In this document: one piece after another, positions 42,024 to 52,571 of the stretch
How the letters are laid out: each line of letters begins with the position of its first letter
Numbering within the stretch: the stretch's first letter is position 1
Assembly (NCBI GenBank): GCA_963674755.2
Contig: CAXXVS010000003.1
Location: 480,001 to 544,000, forward strand
Source of the DNA: Desulfobacterales bacterium
GTDB lineage: Bacteria > Desulfobacterota > Desulfobacteria > Desulfobacterales > UBA5852
DNA length: 64,000 bases
Direction: 5' to 3'
Notes under the pieces: generated by a model
Seen by the model: the letters and a program-made list of their open reading frames with translations, nothing else
What the model was told of the DNA's origin: nothing
Database searches by the model: none
Translations under genes and position numbers: made by a program

Positions 42024-43358
42024 CTATCGTTTTGCCTCGACGGCCTGGATAGACGCTCTTAAAATGGAGACCATTTCGTCAATCTGTCCCTCGTCAATGG
42101 TGAACGGCGGGGCCAGCAGGATGTGGTCCCCGTGGATGCCGTCCACGCCGCCGTTACCCGGATAGGTGATAAGGCCCCGTTCGAAAGCCTGGCCGGCGAC
42201 CTTGATGTTCATCTGGCGATCGCGATCAAACCAGGCCCGGGTGGCTTTGTCCCGGACCAGCTCGATGCCGGCGAAAAGGCCCAGTCCCCGGATTTCCCCT
42301 ACGATGTCCAGGTTTTCAAGCTCGCCCAGTTTTTGGAGCAGATAGGCCCCCATTCGGCGGGAGCGTGCTATCAAGTCGTTTTCCTGAATATAGCGCAGCA
42401 CGGCAGCGCCAATGGCCGTGGACAGGGGGTTCTGCCCGTAGGTGTGGCCATGCACGAATACCCCCGATCCGTTTTTAATGGTGGTGTGAATGTCGTCTTT
42501 CACCATGACCGCCCCCAGGGGGGTGTAGCCCGAACTCAGCCCCTTGGCCATCACGATCAGGTCGGGGACGACCCCCCAGTTGTCAATGCCGAAATTGGTG
42601 CCGCAACGCCCGATCCCGGTCATGACTTCATCCGCAATGAGCTTGATGTCATATTCGTCACAAATTTGTCGGATGCGCTGCCAATAGCCATCCTTGGGAA
42701 CGACTGCCCCGGCCGTGGCCCCCACCACCGGCTCGGCGATGAAGGCGCACACCGATTCGGGCCCTTCGTGCTTGATGCAGCGTTCGAGTTCATCGGCGCA
42801 CTGCAGGTCGCAGGTTTCGGGCTTGGCCTTGAAGCTGCATCGATAACAATAGGCCGGTTCAATGTGCGGCGTGTGCTGAAAGATAGGCAGATAGTGGCTG
42901 CGCCGTACGGTATGGCCGCCCAGGGCCAGGGCGCCGGTGGTATTGCCGTGAAAGCTCGACCAGCGGGAGATAATCTTGTACTTGTCGGGCTGGCCGGCCT
43001 CCCGCCAGTACTGGCGCACCAGTTTGACGGCCGATTCCACGGCCTCGGAACCGCCGGACAGGAAATAGGTGCGCGTCAGGGATTTGTCGGGGGCGATCTG
43101 GTGGAGTAACTCCCCCAGCTCACAGGCGGCCGGGTTGGTAAAGTGGCTGCTGTGGACAAAGGGGACTTTTTGGAACTGGGTCTGCATGGCTTCCAGAATT
43201 TCGGGAACACAATGACCGATGCTGACCACGCAGGCGCCGCCGGAGCCGTCGATGTAGCGCTTGCCCGCCGTGTCCCAGATGTAAACGCCCTCCGCCCGGT
43301 CGGCCACAGGGTAAATCTTCTTCAAATTCCGGTAAAAGACATGATCGCAAGGTTTCAT
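42024..43358 (-). CDS. Class III PLP aminotransferase (YodT-like)
   Basis: YIDGSGGA, SGGSEA, SFHGNT, EPVVG, DEVMTGIGRCG, AKGLSSGY, HGHTY. Confidence 0.92.
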   Translation of the reverse strand: MKPCDHVFYRNLKKIYPVADRAEGVYIWDTAGKRYIDGSGGACVVSIGHCVPEILEAMQTQFQKVPFVHSSHFTNPAACELGELLHQIAPDKSLTRTYFLSGGSEAVESAVKLVRQYWREAGQPDKYKIISRWSSFHGNTTGALALGGHTVRRSHYLPIFQHTPHIEPAYCYRCSFKAKPETCDLQCADELERCIKHEGPESVCAFIAEPVVGATAGAVVPKDGYWQRIRQICDEYDIKLIADEVMTGIGRCGTNFGIDNWGVVPDLIVMAKGLSSGYTPLGAVMVKDDIHTTIKNGSGVFVHGHTYGQNPLSTAIGAAVLRYIQENDLIARSRRMGAYLLQKLGELENLDIVGEIRGLGLFAGIELVRDKATRAWFDRDRQMNIKVAGQAFERGLITYPGNGGVDGIHGDHILLAPPFTIDEGQIDEMVSILRASIQAVEAKR

Positions 43359-43464
43359 TTTTGTCCTCTTTGCAGCGCTATGCTGAAAGCAGTGTTCCAC
43401 TGCCGCCCCTGTTCGTCGACCCAAAGGTCATATCGGCCGCGACCCTGTAGCAGGTCGCGAGTGG

Positions 43465-44313
43465 TCAATCGATTTGCGCCAAAATGCGATCCTTATGATT
43501 CGGATTCAGCGCGAGGATCCGCCGGGCGTCCTCCGGGGATGCGATCTCACGCCCCATCAAGCGGGCGATAGCGGCGACCTTTTCCACCAATTGGGCGTTG
43601 GTGGCCAGGGTTCCGTCAGGCAGCTGCAAGTTGTCTTCGATACCGACGCGGACATGGCCGCCCATGGCAATGGCCGCCGTCGCCAATGGCAGTTCGGCCT
43701 GGCCGATGCCAGCCACCGTCCAAGTGGAATCCGGCGGCAGGGAATCCGCCAGGAAAACCAGGTTTCTGACCGTGCCCGGCATGGAACCGGGTGCGCCCAG
43801 CACAAAATCAAAGTGCAGGGGGAGCGCCAGAAACCCTTTTTTAACTAGGTGCAGAGCATTGCTGATCATACCGGTTTCGAATACCTCGATTTCCGGTTTG
43901 ACGCCGGTATCGCGGAATACGCCAGCCAGAAAGGTAATGAAATCCGGCGCATTTTCATAGACGACGCCCGGCAGGTTATTGGAGCCTGTGGTAAACGAGG
44001 CCATTTCGGGTAACAGCCGCACCGGGTTGGCGCGCGCCTCCCAATCCTTTCCGGCCCGGGCGCCGGTGGACAGCTGGATGATCACATCTGGTGTGCGCGC
44101 CTTGATTCGGCGCACCGTATCCTTGAAAACCCTCAAATCAAGCGTCGGTTTTCCCAGGTGATCCCGTGCATGGACATGGAAAACGCTGGCTCCGGCCGCA
44201 ACGCAGCGGTTTACGTCGGCCGCAATTTCTTCCGATGTGACGGGCACATGAGGCGTTTGCTCCCTTGTCGGTACATTGCCCGTCAAGGCCACGGTAATGA
44301 TCAGCTTTTCCAT
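43465..44313 (-). CDS. Beta-keto acid cleavage enzyme (BKACE/DUF849, Kce family)
   Basis: IITVALTG, HVHAR, STG, KPEIE, GGHVRVGIED. Confidence 0.93.
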   Translation of the reverse strand: MEKLIITVALTGNVPTREQTPHVPVTSEEIAADVNRCVAAGASVFHVHARDHLGKPTLDLRVFKDTVRRIKARTPDVIIQLSTGARAGKDWEARANPVRLLPEMASFTTGSNNLPGVVYENAPDFITFLAGVFRDTGVKPEIEVFETGMISNALHLVKKGFLALPLHFDFVLGAPGSMPGTVRNLVFLADSLPPDSTWTVAGIGQAELPLATAAIAMGGHVRVGIEDNLQLPDGTLATNAQLVEKVAAIARLMGREIASPEDARRILALNPNHKDRILAQID

Positions 44314-44511
44314 AGGCCGTCTAATTGTCTATCCGGTAAGGATTGTCAACCTGAAATCAGGTTGCCGACAGGGGGGCTACGCCATTGGCCTTGACGGATA
44401 CCGGTTTGGGCCGGGTGAAAAGAGCCGGGGTCCGGGAGGCGTGCAAGGCGCTCCCCGCGAGTGGCGTTGGGAAGATGGAGATTAACGGGCCACGGATGAT
44501 TTTAATGAAAT

Positions 44512-44539
44512 AAGGACGCCCGCAACCGCGGGCGTCCTT
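44512..44539 (-). terminator. Probable terminator after second amtB
   Basis: 12-bp perfect stem AAGGACGCCCGC/GCGGGCGTCCTT with an AT-rich tail on the minus strand. Confidence 0.7.
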
Positions 44540-44628
44540 TCAGGGAGGATCGGGCCGGAGTGCTGGGATCAGGTTCCGGCCCCTGGCTTCGAATGAACGC
44601 TTGGGAGGCTCATTCATTCAGGCATATC

Positions 44629-45960
44629 TCAACTCTGGGCATAAGTAGAAGTCTCGAAGTCCGGGTAGGCGCTACCCCCGTGTTCAATGACGTCCAGGCC
44701 CTCGGTTTCCTCTTCGGGCGAAACTCGCAGGCCGATGGTGGCCGTTATGATTTTGAACATGATAAAAGCAATCCCAAAGGTATAGACAAAGCAGGCGGCG
44801 ATACCGATCAGCTGAACGCCGATGATGGTAGCGGTGGTGCCGCCGATGTTGAAGATGCCGGCCGCCAGGGTGCCCCAGGCGCCGTTGACGCCGTGAACCG
44901 AAACAGCGCCTACCGGATCGTCGATCTTGATTTTATCGATGAAGAGCACCGAGATCACCACGAGAACACCGGCGATGGCGCCGATGATGATCGCACTGGC
45001 AGGGGAGACGTTGGCGCAGCCTGCGGTGATGGCTACCAGACCGGCCAGGGCGCCGTTGAGGGTCATGCCCACTTCAGGCTTGCCGAACTTGATCCAGGAG
45101 GTGATCAAGGCTGTACACGCCCCGGCGGCAGCAGCCAGGTTGGTGTTGACGAAGATCATGGCGATGCTTTTGTCGGCGGTTGTGGTGGAGCCGGGGTTGA
45201 AACCGAACCAGCCTAGCCACAGAATGAAGACACCCAGGGCCGCCAGGGGCATGTTATGGCCCATAATGGCGCGGGGTTTGCCGTCCGGCCCGTATTTGCC
45301 GATGCGCGGACCCAGCACGATGGCGCCGGCCAGAGCGGCCCAGCCACCCACGGAGTGCACCACGGTGGAGCCGGCAAAATCGATGAAGCCCAGCCCTTCC
45401 AGCCAGCCGTTGCCATGGTACAGGCTGCCCCAGGCCCAACTGCCGAAGACCGGATAAATGACCGTACTGACGATGGCGCTATAGATCAGATAGCTGACAA
45501 ATTTGGTGCGTTCCGCCATGGCGCCGGAAACGATGGTGGCGGCCGTGGCGGCGAAAACCACCTGGAACATCCAGAAGGCCAGCACCCACGGATCACCGCC
45601 GGGCGTAAAATCACTGAGAAAAAATCCATCGGTGCCGAACCACCCGGTAGTGGTGGTACCGAACATGATACCGAAACCCACCGCCCAGTAGACGATGGAA
45701 CCCACGGAAAAATCCATGAGGTTTTTCATCAGGATGTTGATGGCATTCTTGGCGCGCGTAAAGCCGGTTTCCACCATGGCGAAGCCGGCCTGCATGAAAA
45801 AGACCAGGGCTGCAGCGATCAGAGTCCAGAGATAGTTGGCATGGGTCTGCACCAGGTCGATGGCCTCCTTATTGCTCAAAGCGGTCGGCACTTCATCCCC
45901 TGCCCAGGCACTGCCGGCTGTTGCCGCGATCAGTACGAGAATAAATATCAATCTCCTCAC
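44629..45960 (-). CDS. amtB: Ammonium transporter (second, divergent paralog)
   Basis: FFMQAGFAMVE, KNLMD, SGAMAER, DFAGSTVVH, DDPVGAVSVH. Confidence 0.95.
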   Translation of the reverse strand: MRRLIFILVLIAATAGSAWAGDEVPTALSNKEAIDLVQTHANYLWTLIAAALVFFMQAGFAMVETGFTRAKNAINILMKNLMDFSVGSIVYWAVGFGIMFGTTTTGWFGTDGFFLSDFTPGGDPWVLAFWMFQVVFAATAATIVSGAMAERTKFVSYLIYSAIVSTVIYPVFGSWAWGSLYHGNGWLEGLGFIDFAGSTVVHSVGGWAALAGAIVLGPRIGKYGPDGKPRAIMGHNMPLAALGVFILWLGWFGFNPGSTTTADKSIAMIFVNTNLAAAAGACTALITSWIKFGKPEVGMTLNGALAGLVAITAGCANVSPASAIIIGAIAGVLVVISVLFIDKIKIDDPVGAVSVHGVNGAWGTLAAGIFNIGGTTATIIGVQLIGIAACFVYTFGIAFIMFKIITATIGLRVSPEEETEGLDVIEHGGSAYPDFETSTYAQS

Positions 45961-46009
45961 GATGGCTCTCCTTATCTACTGTAGGTTGCTGTGCGTTGGC
46001 ACGAATTGA

Positions 46010-46378
<369 letters not shown>

Positions 46379-46420
46379 TCAGTGCGCGCAGCCGTTGAAT
46401 TGCTTTTGAGAGGGGTTTAA

Positions 46421-46436
46421 AGCATAGGCTGTGCCA
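46421..46436 (-). promoter_or_regulatory. Sigma54 promoter of glnK-amtB
   Basis: TGGCACAGCCTATGCT. Confidence 0.8.
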
Positions 46437-46527
46437 GATGAAATTGTGCGACCGAAAAAGAGTTTATGATATTGAATAAACAGCATAATTTAAATTTTAA
46501 GCGCTTAAGGGAAAAAGGGCTTTAAAT

Positions 46528-46569
46528 GACAATTATGTATATAATAGATATATTAATTACATTTTTGGC
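46528..46569. promoter_or_regulatory. Paired putative enhancer (bEBP) sites
   Basis: GACAATTATGTA (46528) and TACATTTTTGGC (46558). Confidence 0.6.
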
Positions 46570-46613
46570 ATTTTAAGTGGGGAAACATACAATATCGTTG
46601 ATTGCGAGGTGGA

Positions 46614-49523
46614 TTAAGGCAAGCTGTGGGCTTCCAGGAAATGCGTCCAGGCGTGGGTGACAGACTCCCGTTGGGCGGCAAAGCGGTCGATAGGCAGGAT
46701 CGGGGGTTGGTTTTGCAAATTGAGACGGTGAACGGCGGCCCGGTAAGTCAGATAGGCTTCCCGCAGGCGGTAGGCGGTGGCGTGGTCGATCTGCCCGCTG
46801 TCGATCAGGGTGACCAGCAGGCGGACATTGTCGGTCCAGTCGGTGAGGTTCGGATGCTGGTGGGAATAGGCTAGAACCAAATACTGAACGATGAACTCGA
46901 TGTCCACAATGCCGCCCCGGCCCTGTTTGACATCGAAGGCGGCCGCCTCGTTCAAACCTTTTTCTTTCAGCAGGCGCAGGCGCATATCGAGGACATCGTG
47001 TCTGAGCTGCTCCCGGTCGCGCGGCTGGGCCAGGATGTCACGACGGATACGGTGAAAGCGCGCCCTGAGCTGCGGATCGCCGCACAGGGCGCGGGCCCTG
47101 ATCAGGGCCTGATGCTCCCAGGTCCAGGCGCTTTCCCGCTGGTATTTTGCAAAGGCATCGATGTGGCTGACAAGGGGGCCGGAACTGCCGCTGGGCCGCA
47201 GGCGCATGTCGGTTTCGTAGATGCGGCCCGCCCGGGTGTGGCTCGTCAAAATGTGGATGACCCGTTGCCCCAGGCGGGCGAAAAACTGGGTGTTGTCGAT
47301 AGGTCGTACACCGCCCGTGGTTTGACCCGGGGCGGCGGCATGCAGGAAGACCAGGTCCAGATCGGAGCCATAGCCCAGTTCGAACCCCCCCAGTTTGCCG
47401 TAGGCTACGATGGCAAATCCATTTTCACAGGCGGTCCCCTCCAGATGGCAGGCGGGCCGCCCGTGTTTGGCGCTTAGTTCACGCCAGACCGTCTGCACCA
47501 CCGCATCCAGGATCACTTCCGCCAGGTCGGAGAGGTGGTCGCTGACCTTCATCAGGGGCAGGACTCCGGTAACATCAGCGGCAGCGACGCGCAGGGTGTT
47601 TACCTGTTGAAAGACGCACAGGGACTCGATGAAAAATTCCACTTCGTCCGGCGGTATGTTTTCCCGCAGGCGGGCCAGCTCTTCTTCCATTTCCCGGCGT
47701 CCCGGCGGTCTGAAAAGCGTACGAGGGTCGATGAGTTCGTCGAGCAGCACCGGGTGGCGGGCCAGGAAGGTGGCGATGAAGTGGCTTGCCCCGGTCAGTC
47801 GTACGAGGTGCTGCAGCACGGTGGGATTTTCCGCCAGCAGGGAAAGATAGGTGGTGCGCCGGCCGATGTTGGCCAGGATGTCGAGGATTCGGCCCAGGGT
47901 CATATCCGGCGCTTCGCTGCGGCTGGTTTCCAGCAGAAAGAGGGGGATGAGCCGCTCCAGACGCTGCTGCCCCTCCCGGCTGATTTTCTGCTTTCCCGCC
48001 TGGCGGTGCAGATAATCCAGACGGCTTAAAATGTCTTGGGGGTCGGAAAAGCCGGCCTCCGTTAGAATAGCGTAGGCTTGGTCCGGTTCCACCGAAGCAA
48101 ACCAGACGGCCGACAAGGATTCGATCAACCGGGCGTCTTCGGATTCCCCGGGCTTTTCAGCGACGGGTTCCAGTAGGGTGGCAAACTGCCGGTGGACGAG
48201 GCGCCGATGCTCTTCCAGAGCCGTCTGGAAAGTGGTTTTGTCGGAATAGCCCATGGCCCAGGCCAGGCGTAGGCGCGCCACCGGATCATCGGGTATGTCG
48301 TGGGTCTGCTGATCCCGGTAGGCTTGCAGCCGGTGTTCCACCCGCCGCAAGAAGCAGTAGGCGGCTTGGAGGGCGGCTCCGATGTCCGGCGCGACCATAT
48401 CGTGGCGAACCAAGAGAGCCAGCACGCGCAGGATGCGCCTCTCTTGAAGATCAGGCTCGATACCCCCCCGGATGAGCTGGAAGATCTGACCGAAGAACTC
48501 CACCTCGCGGATGCCCCCGGCGCCTATCTTAATGTTTTTTTCGATGCCCCGCCGTTTCACCTCCATGGCGATCTTTTGCTTCATTTCCCGCAGGGATTCA
48601 AAGACGCCATAGTCCAGATAGCGGCGGTAGACAAAGGGGTGCAGCATGTCCAGCAAGTCGCGGCCGGCCCGGTTGTCGCCGGCCACCACCCGGGCCTTGA
48701 TCCAGGCATAGCGCTCCCATTCCCGGCCCTGGGCCTGGTAGTAGCTTTCCAGAGCGGCAAAACTCATCACCAGAGGACCGCTTTCACCGTAAGGACGCAG
48801 GTTGGTGTCGATGCGGAAAACAAACCCTTCCTCGGTGACCTGCCCTAACACGCGGACCAGGCGGCGACAGAGTTGCAGGAAAAACTCATCGTTGGAAATG
48901 GCCGTTGCGGCACCTTGGGTGTGGCCGGACTCAGGAAAGGCGAAGATCAGATCGACGTCGGAGGAGAAATTGAGCTCGCCAGCCCCCAGTTTGCCCATCC
49001 CGACCACCACGAGTTCCTGGACGCTGCCTGTGGTGCCGGTGGGGGTGCCCAACTGCCGGCATAGTCCTTTGTAGAGGATGTCCAGGGCGGCCCCGATGCA
49101 GGCATCCGCCAGCGCGGTCAGATTTTCGATGGTCTCCCCAAGATCGGCACGGCCGGCGAGATCCCGCCAGGCGATCCGGACCATTTCGCGGCGGCGCTGT
49201 TGGCGCAGTTCACGGCCCAGGGCTTTCTCCAGGGCCGTGAAATCATTTTCGGGTACCTGGGCCAGGACGGCTTGCAGGCTGTTCCGGTAGGCTTCTTCAG
49301 GATAGCTGCGTAGCAGGTCGCCACTTTCCAGGAGGTCACCCAAGACCTGGGGATGGCGCTGGCCGGTACGGGCAATAAAGTCACTGCACGCTAAAACTCC
49401 CAGGATCTCTTCAGTCAGGTCGTCGGGGACGTGGAGGCTAACGCCGGCCCTGCGGGCCGCAGCGAAAAGGGATTCCAGTTTGTCCCGGGCTTCCTGGGCC
49501 AGGGGGGCGGGCAGCGGTTGCAT
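46614..49523 (-). CDS. glnE: Bifunctional glutamine synthetase adenylyltransferase/removase
   Basis: Two nucleotidyltransferase halves: GKLGAGELNFSSDVD and GKLGGFELGYGSDLD; LRP.G..G and WE motifs. Confidence 0.96.
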   Translation of the reverse strand: MQPLPAPLAQEARDKLESLFAAARRAGVSLHVPDDLTEEILGVLACSDFIARTGQRHPQVLGDLLESGDLLRSYPEEAYRNSLQAVLAQVPENDFTALEKALGRELRQQRRREMVRIAWRDLAGRADLGETIENLTALADACIGAALDILYKGLCRQLGTPTGTTGSVQELVVVGMGKLGAGELNFSSDVDLIFAFPESGHTQGAATAISNDEFFLQLCRRLVRVLGQVTEEGFVFRIDTNLRPYGESGPLVMSFAALESYYQAQGREWERYAWIKARVVAGDNRAGRDLLDMLHPFVYRRYLDYGVFESLREMKQKIAMEVKRRGIEKNIKIGAGGIREVEFFGQIFQLIRGGIEPDLQERRILRVLALLVRHDMVAPDIGAALQAAYCFLRRVEHRLQAYRDQQTHDIPDDPVARLRLAWAMGYSDKTTFQTALEEHRRLVHRQFATLLEPVAEKPGESEDARLIESLSAVWFASVEPDQAYAILTEAGFSDPQDILSRLDYLHRQAGKQKISREGQQRLERLIPLFLLETSRSEAPDMTLGRILDILANIGRRTTYLSLLAENPTVLQHLVRLTGASHFIATFLARHPVLLDELIDPRTLFRPPGRREMEEELARLRENIPPDEVEFFIESLCVFQQVNTLRVAAADVTGVLPLMKVSDHLSDLAEVILDAVVQTVWRELSAKHGRPACHLEGTACENGFAIVAYGKLGGFELGYGSDLDLVFLHAAAPGQTTGGVRPIDNTQFFARLGQRVIHILTSHTRAGRIYETDMRLRPSGSSGPLVSHIDAFAKYQRESAWTWEHQALIRARALCGDPQLRARFHRIRRDILAQPRDREQLRHDVLDMRLRLLKEKGLNEAAAFDVKQGRGGIVDIEFIVQYLVLAYSHQHPNLTDWTDNVRLLVTLIDSGQIDHATAYRLREAYLTYRAAVHRLNLQNQPPILPIDRFAAQRESVTHAWTHFLEAHSLP

Positions 49524-49558
49524 GGGATCCTCTATCGATCAGGAGATGGAAAGCGTCG

Positions 49559-50896
49559 TCATTGGCGCAGATAGCCCCACTGGACCAGCCGTTGGTAGGC
49601 ATGCTGGGCCTGGGGACCCTGCTGGACGACCTTTAAGTAGTCGGCATAATAGCGGGCCGCTTCCTTTTGCCGCTGGGCCCCTTCCTGGGCGTAGCCTTTA
49701 TAAAATAGGATTTCCGGGTTGTTTGGAAGGCGCACATCATAGGCCTCGAAATCCCGGAAAGCGGCATTGAAACGGCGCGTTTGCAAACGTGCAAATCCGG
49801 CCACCAGGTAGCTCTGGGCTTCGCCCGGGTAGGTCTGCTGGGCGGCCACGGCGTAGCGTTCGGCCTCTTCAAAGCGTTTTTGGGCATAGCGGCACTTGGC
49901 CATCATGAGGTTGGCCGCATAGTCCTGGGGCGCGATCCGGAGAGCCTGCTGAAATTGGGCGGCGGCCCCGTCGAAATTTTCCCGGCCCATTTCCTTCTCG
50001 CCGTTTTGCATGGCTTCGATGGCCCCCTGGATCCTGCGCAGCCCGGCGGTTTGATCCATATAGCGCTCGCGGTAAAGGGCGCCCGTGTCCTGGGCGTAGC
50101 GGGTGCGGACCGCTTTAACGGCGGTTTGATAGCGCTCGTCGCTCATGGGGTGGGTGGCAAACAGCGTCTGCACGGCATTGGGATTCTGGCTGTTGAGGCT
50201 GCGCAGCATTTCCATCAGCTCCACAAAACCCTGGGGAGCGTAGCCGGCGGCGGCCATGTAGCGCAGTCCCAGATCGTCGGCCTCTCGCTCGTTGTCCCGG
50301 CTGTAAGAGGCCAGCAGGGCGCCGGCCCCGATGCTGCCCAATTGCGCCGTCAGGTCGCCCAGGGTGCTGCCCTGGGTGCCGACGATGGCCGCCGCTCCGC
50401 CCACGAGGGTTTGGGTGAGCATGGCCTGGGACATTTGATGGGCGGTGTGCCGGGCATTGACGTGACCCAGTTCATGCCCCAGAAGGGAGGCCAGTTCAGC
50501 TTCGTCGTTGAGCTTGAGCAAAATGCCGCGGGTTGCGGAGATGGTGCCGCCGGGGAAAGCATAGGCGTTGATGTAGGTCGCGTTGACCACGTCGAAGCGG
50601 TAGGGCATGCGGGGGCGGTGGCTGACAGCGGCCAGCCGCTGGCCCACCTGGCCCACGTAGGTTTCGAGGCTTCGATCCTGGGTGAGGCCATAATCAGAGG
50701 ATATCTGGTAGGGGGAATTCTGGCGGTCGAGCTGGATTTCCTCCTGTTCGGACATCAGCATCAGCTGGCTGCGGCCGGTTACCGGGTTGGTGGCGCATCC
50801 ACTTAAAAAGCCGGCCGCCGCCAGCGCGCTTAAGCGCATAAAATCCCGCCTGTTCATGCCGCGAGCCGTCAACCATTTATGTGTCGGGAGGGACAT
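49559..50896 (-). CDS. M48 family metalloprotease with TPRs (Tat lipoprotein)
   Basis: RRDF plus lipobox LSGC, NAYAFPGG, HELGH, YSRDNEREAD, THP. Start uncertain (50857 possible). Confidence 0.9.
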   Translation of the reverse strand: MSLPTHKWLTARGMNRRDFMRLSALAAAGFLSGCATNPVTGRSQLMLMSEQEEIQLDRQNSPYQISSDYGLTQDRSLETYVGQVGQRLAAVSHRPRMPYRFDVVNATYINAYAFPGGTISATRGILLKLNDEAELASLLGHELGHVNARHTAHQMSQAMLTQTLVGGAAAIVGTQGSTLGDLTAQLGSIGAGALLASYSRDNEREADDLGLRYMAAAGYAPQGFVELMEMLRSLNSQNPNAVQTLFATHPMSDERYQTAVKAVRTRYAQDTGALYRERYMDQTAGLRRIQGAIEAMQNGEKEMGRENFDGAAAQFQQALRIAPQDYAANLMMAKCRYAQKRFEEAERYAVAAQQTYPGEAQSYLVAGFARLQTRRFNAAFRDFEAYDVRLPNNPEILFYKGYAQEGAQRQKEAARYYADYLKVVQQGPQAQHAYQRLVQWGYLRQ

Positions 50897-51110
50897 GGGA
50901 ATCCTCCTTTTCATCAAATTATTTATATCGATAGCGCCCGTCTCCGCGTGGCATCAGAGGCGACTGCAGTGGATATACTGAAAAAACAGGGCAAGATCAA
51001 ATACGCCTTGATTCTTTTGGGAAAGATCAGCTATGGTAACGGTTCGCCTTTGCCCCAGGCTGACGGCATCTTCCTGATAATTCATTGGAAATTGGGGGAT
51101 TGTGAAAACA

Positions 51111-51153
51111 GACAAATTTGTCGATGTTTTTCCAGGTTAGCGACAATTTTGTT
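51111..51153. promoter_or_regulatory. Paired putative enhancer (bEBP) sites
   Basis: GACAAATTTGTC (51111) and GACAATTTTGTT (51142). Confidence 0.65.
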
Positions 51154-51240
51154 GTTGATAGACCGTCCTGCATGCGCCGGTTTCATTTGGTTCCCATCCA
51201 ACCTGTTGGTAACAAACAAGAATTCGGTGACGACGGTTCG

Positions 51241-51256
51241 TGGCACGGCCGTTGCT
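51241..51256 (+). promoter_or_regulatory. Sigma54 promoter of glutamate synthase operon
   Basis: TGGCACGGCCGTTGCT, full consensus. Confidence 0.85.
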
Positions 51257-51440
51257 TAGTACGCTAAGGCGCTTCGCTAAAATCGTATTCCCCTGACCGC
51301 CAGGCGGGTTTGCCTCAGGATGCGTTTTGCGGACGCCGCGTGGGCAATAGGTGCCTGATTTGCATGGAAAACAAATTATATAGTTATTTCGAAAAGTAAT
51401 CGGTCTCAGGAATCATTTCTGGCAAGGAGGATCGATCGTT

Positions 51441-52571
51441 ATGTGCCGTTTATTTGCCATCACCAGTGAAGATGCCCTCTCGCCCATGGTGGCGCTCCAG
51501 GCACTGGACGTCATGCGGGAAGGGCATGACGGGTCCGGTGTGGGGCTGTTTCTGCGCGATCTGGGCGGGCCCTTCGAGGAGATCAAGGATGCTCCCGTCC
51601 TGTCAGGCATTTTTAGCGAAGCCGGCTTGAAGCGCCTGGATACCTATATGATGAACCTGGGGTTCATGACCAAATACAAGCTTTCCATCAAGGTGCCGAA
51701 ATCACCGCCACCGGGGGTGCCCCGGCGGGATATTTACCTGGTGCGGGCTTACGAATATCCCGAGCAGTGGGACGGACTGTCCCAGAGCGAATTATACAGC
51801 CGGCTGCTGGAGACCCGCCTCATCCTGCGGGCCATGGGCGAAGAGACCGGTGATATGATCGTGTTTTCCTTCTGGCCCGATGTCATCATGATCAAGGAGA
51901 TCGGGGATCCTATGGGGGTGGCCAAGTACCTGCAATTGGACCGCAAGGAGCTGCGGGCCCGGGTGATCATGGCCCAGGGACGCCAGAACACCAATTACGC
52001 CATCAATCTCTACGCCTGCCATCCTTTTTTCATCCAGGGCTATTCCACCATGACCAACGGTGAAAATACGGCCTTCATCCCAATCCGGGATTATCTCTCT
52101 TCGCGGGGGTTCCCGGGCTATGTGGGCTATCAGTCCGATTCGGAGGTGTTCACCCACATATTGCATTTTGCCGTCAACCGCCTGGGGCTGGGGGTGGAGG
52201 CTTACAAGCACATCATTACGCCGCTCCAGAACGACGATCTCCTCCGGCACCCCAACCAGGAGCTGCTCAAGGGCCTCAAACAGACTTGCCGCAAACTGAT
52301 CATCGACGGCCCCAATTGCGTGATCGGATCGCTGCCGGATCACAGCCTGTTCATGGTCCAGGACCGCAAGAAGCTGCGGCCCGGGGTGGTGGGCGGGCGC
52401 CCCGGCCGTTATGCCTTTTCCTCGGAATTGTGCGGTTTGGACGCCGCTATTCCGGAGCGCGACAAGTCCCAGGATTTCCAACCCATGCATTTGGATACCG
52501 CCATCGTGAACGCGGATCGTCGGGAGGTTAAGATATGCAGCCAGAAGGACCCATTGCACCTTTCTCACTGA
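51441..52571 (+). CDS. Glutamate synthase amidotransferase domain subunit (GltB1-type, Ntn)
   Basis: N-terminal MC, RQNTN, HPF, NGE, SDSE, DGP, LRP, SSE. Confidence 0.85.
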   Translation: MCRLFAITSEDALSPMVALQALDVMREGHDGSGVGLFLRDLGGPFEEIKDAPVLSGIFSEAGLKRLDTYMMNLGFMTKYKLSIKVPKSPPPGVPRRDIYLVRAYEYPEQWDGLSQSELYSRLLETRLILRAMGEETGDMIVFSFWPDVIMIKEIGDPMGVAKYLQLDRKELRARVIMAQGRQNTNYAINLYACHPFFIQGYSTMTNGENTAFIPIRDYLSSRGFPGYVGYQSDSEVFTHILHFAVNRLGLGVEAYKHIITPLQNDDLLRHPNQELLKGLKQTCRKLIIDGPNCVIGSLPDHSLFMVQDRKKLRPGVVGGRPGRYAFSSELCGLDAAIPERDKSQDFQPMHLDTAIVNADRREVKICSQKDPLHLSH

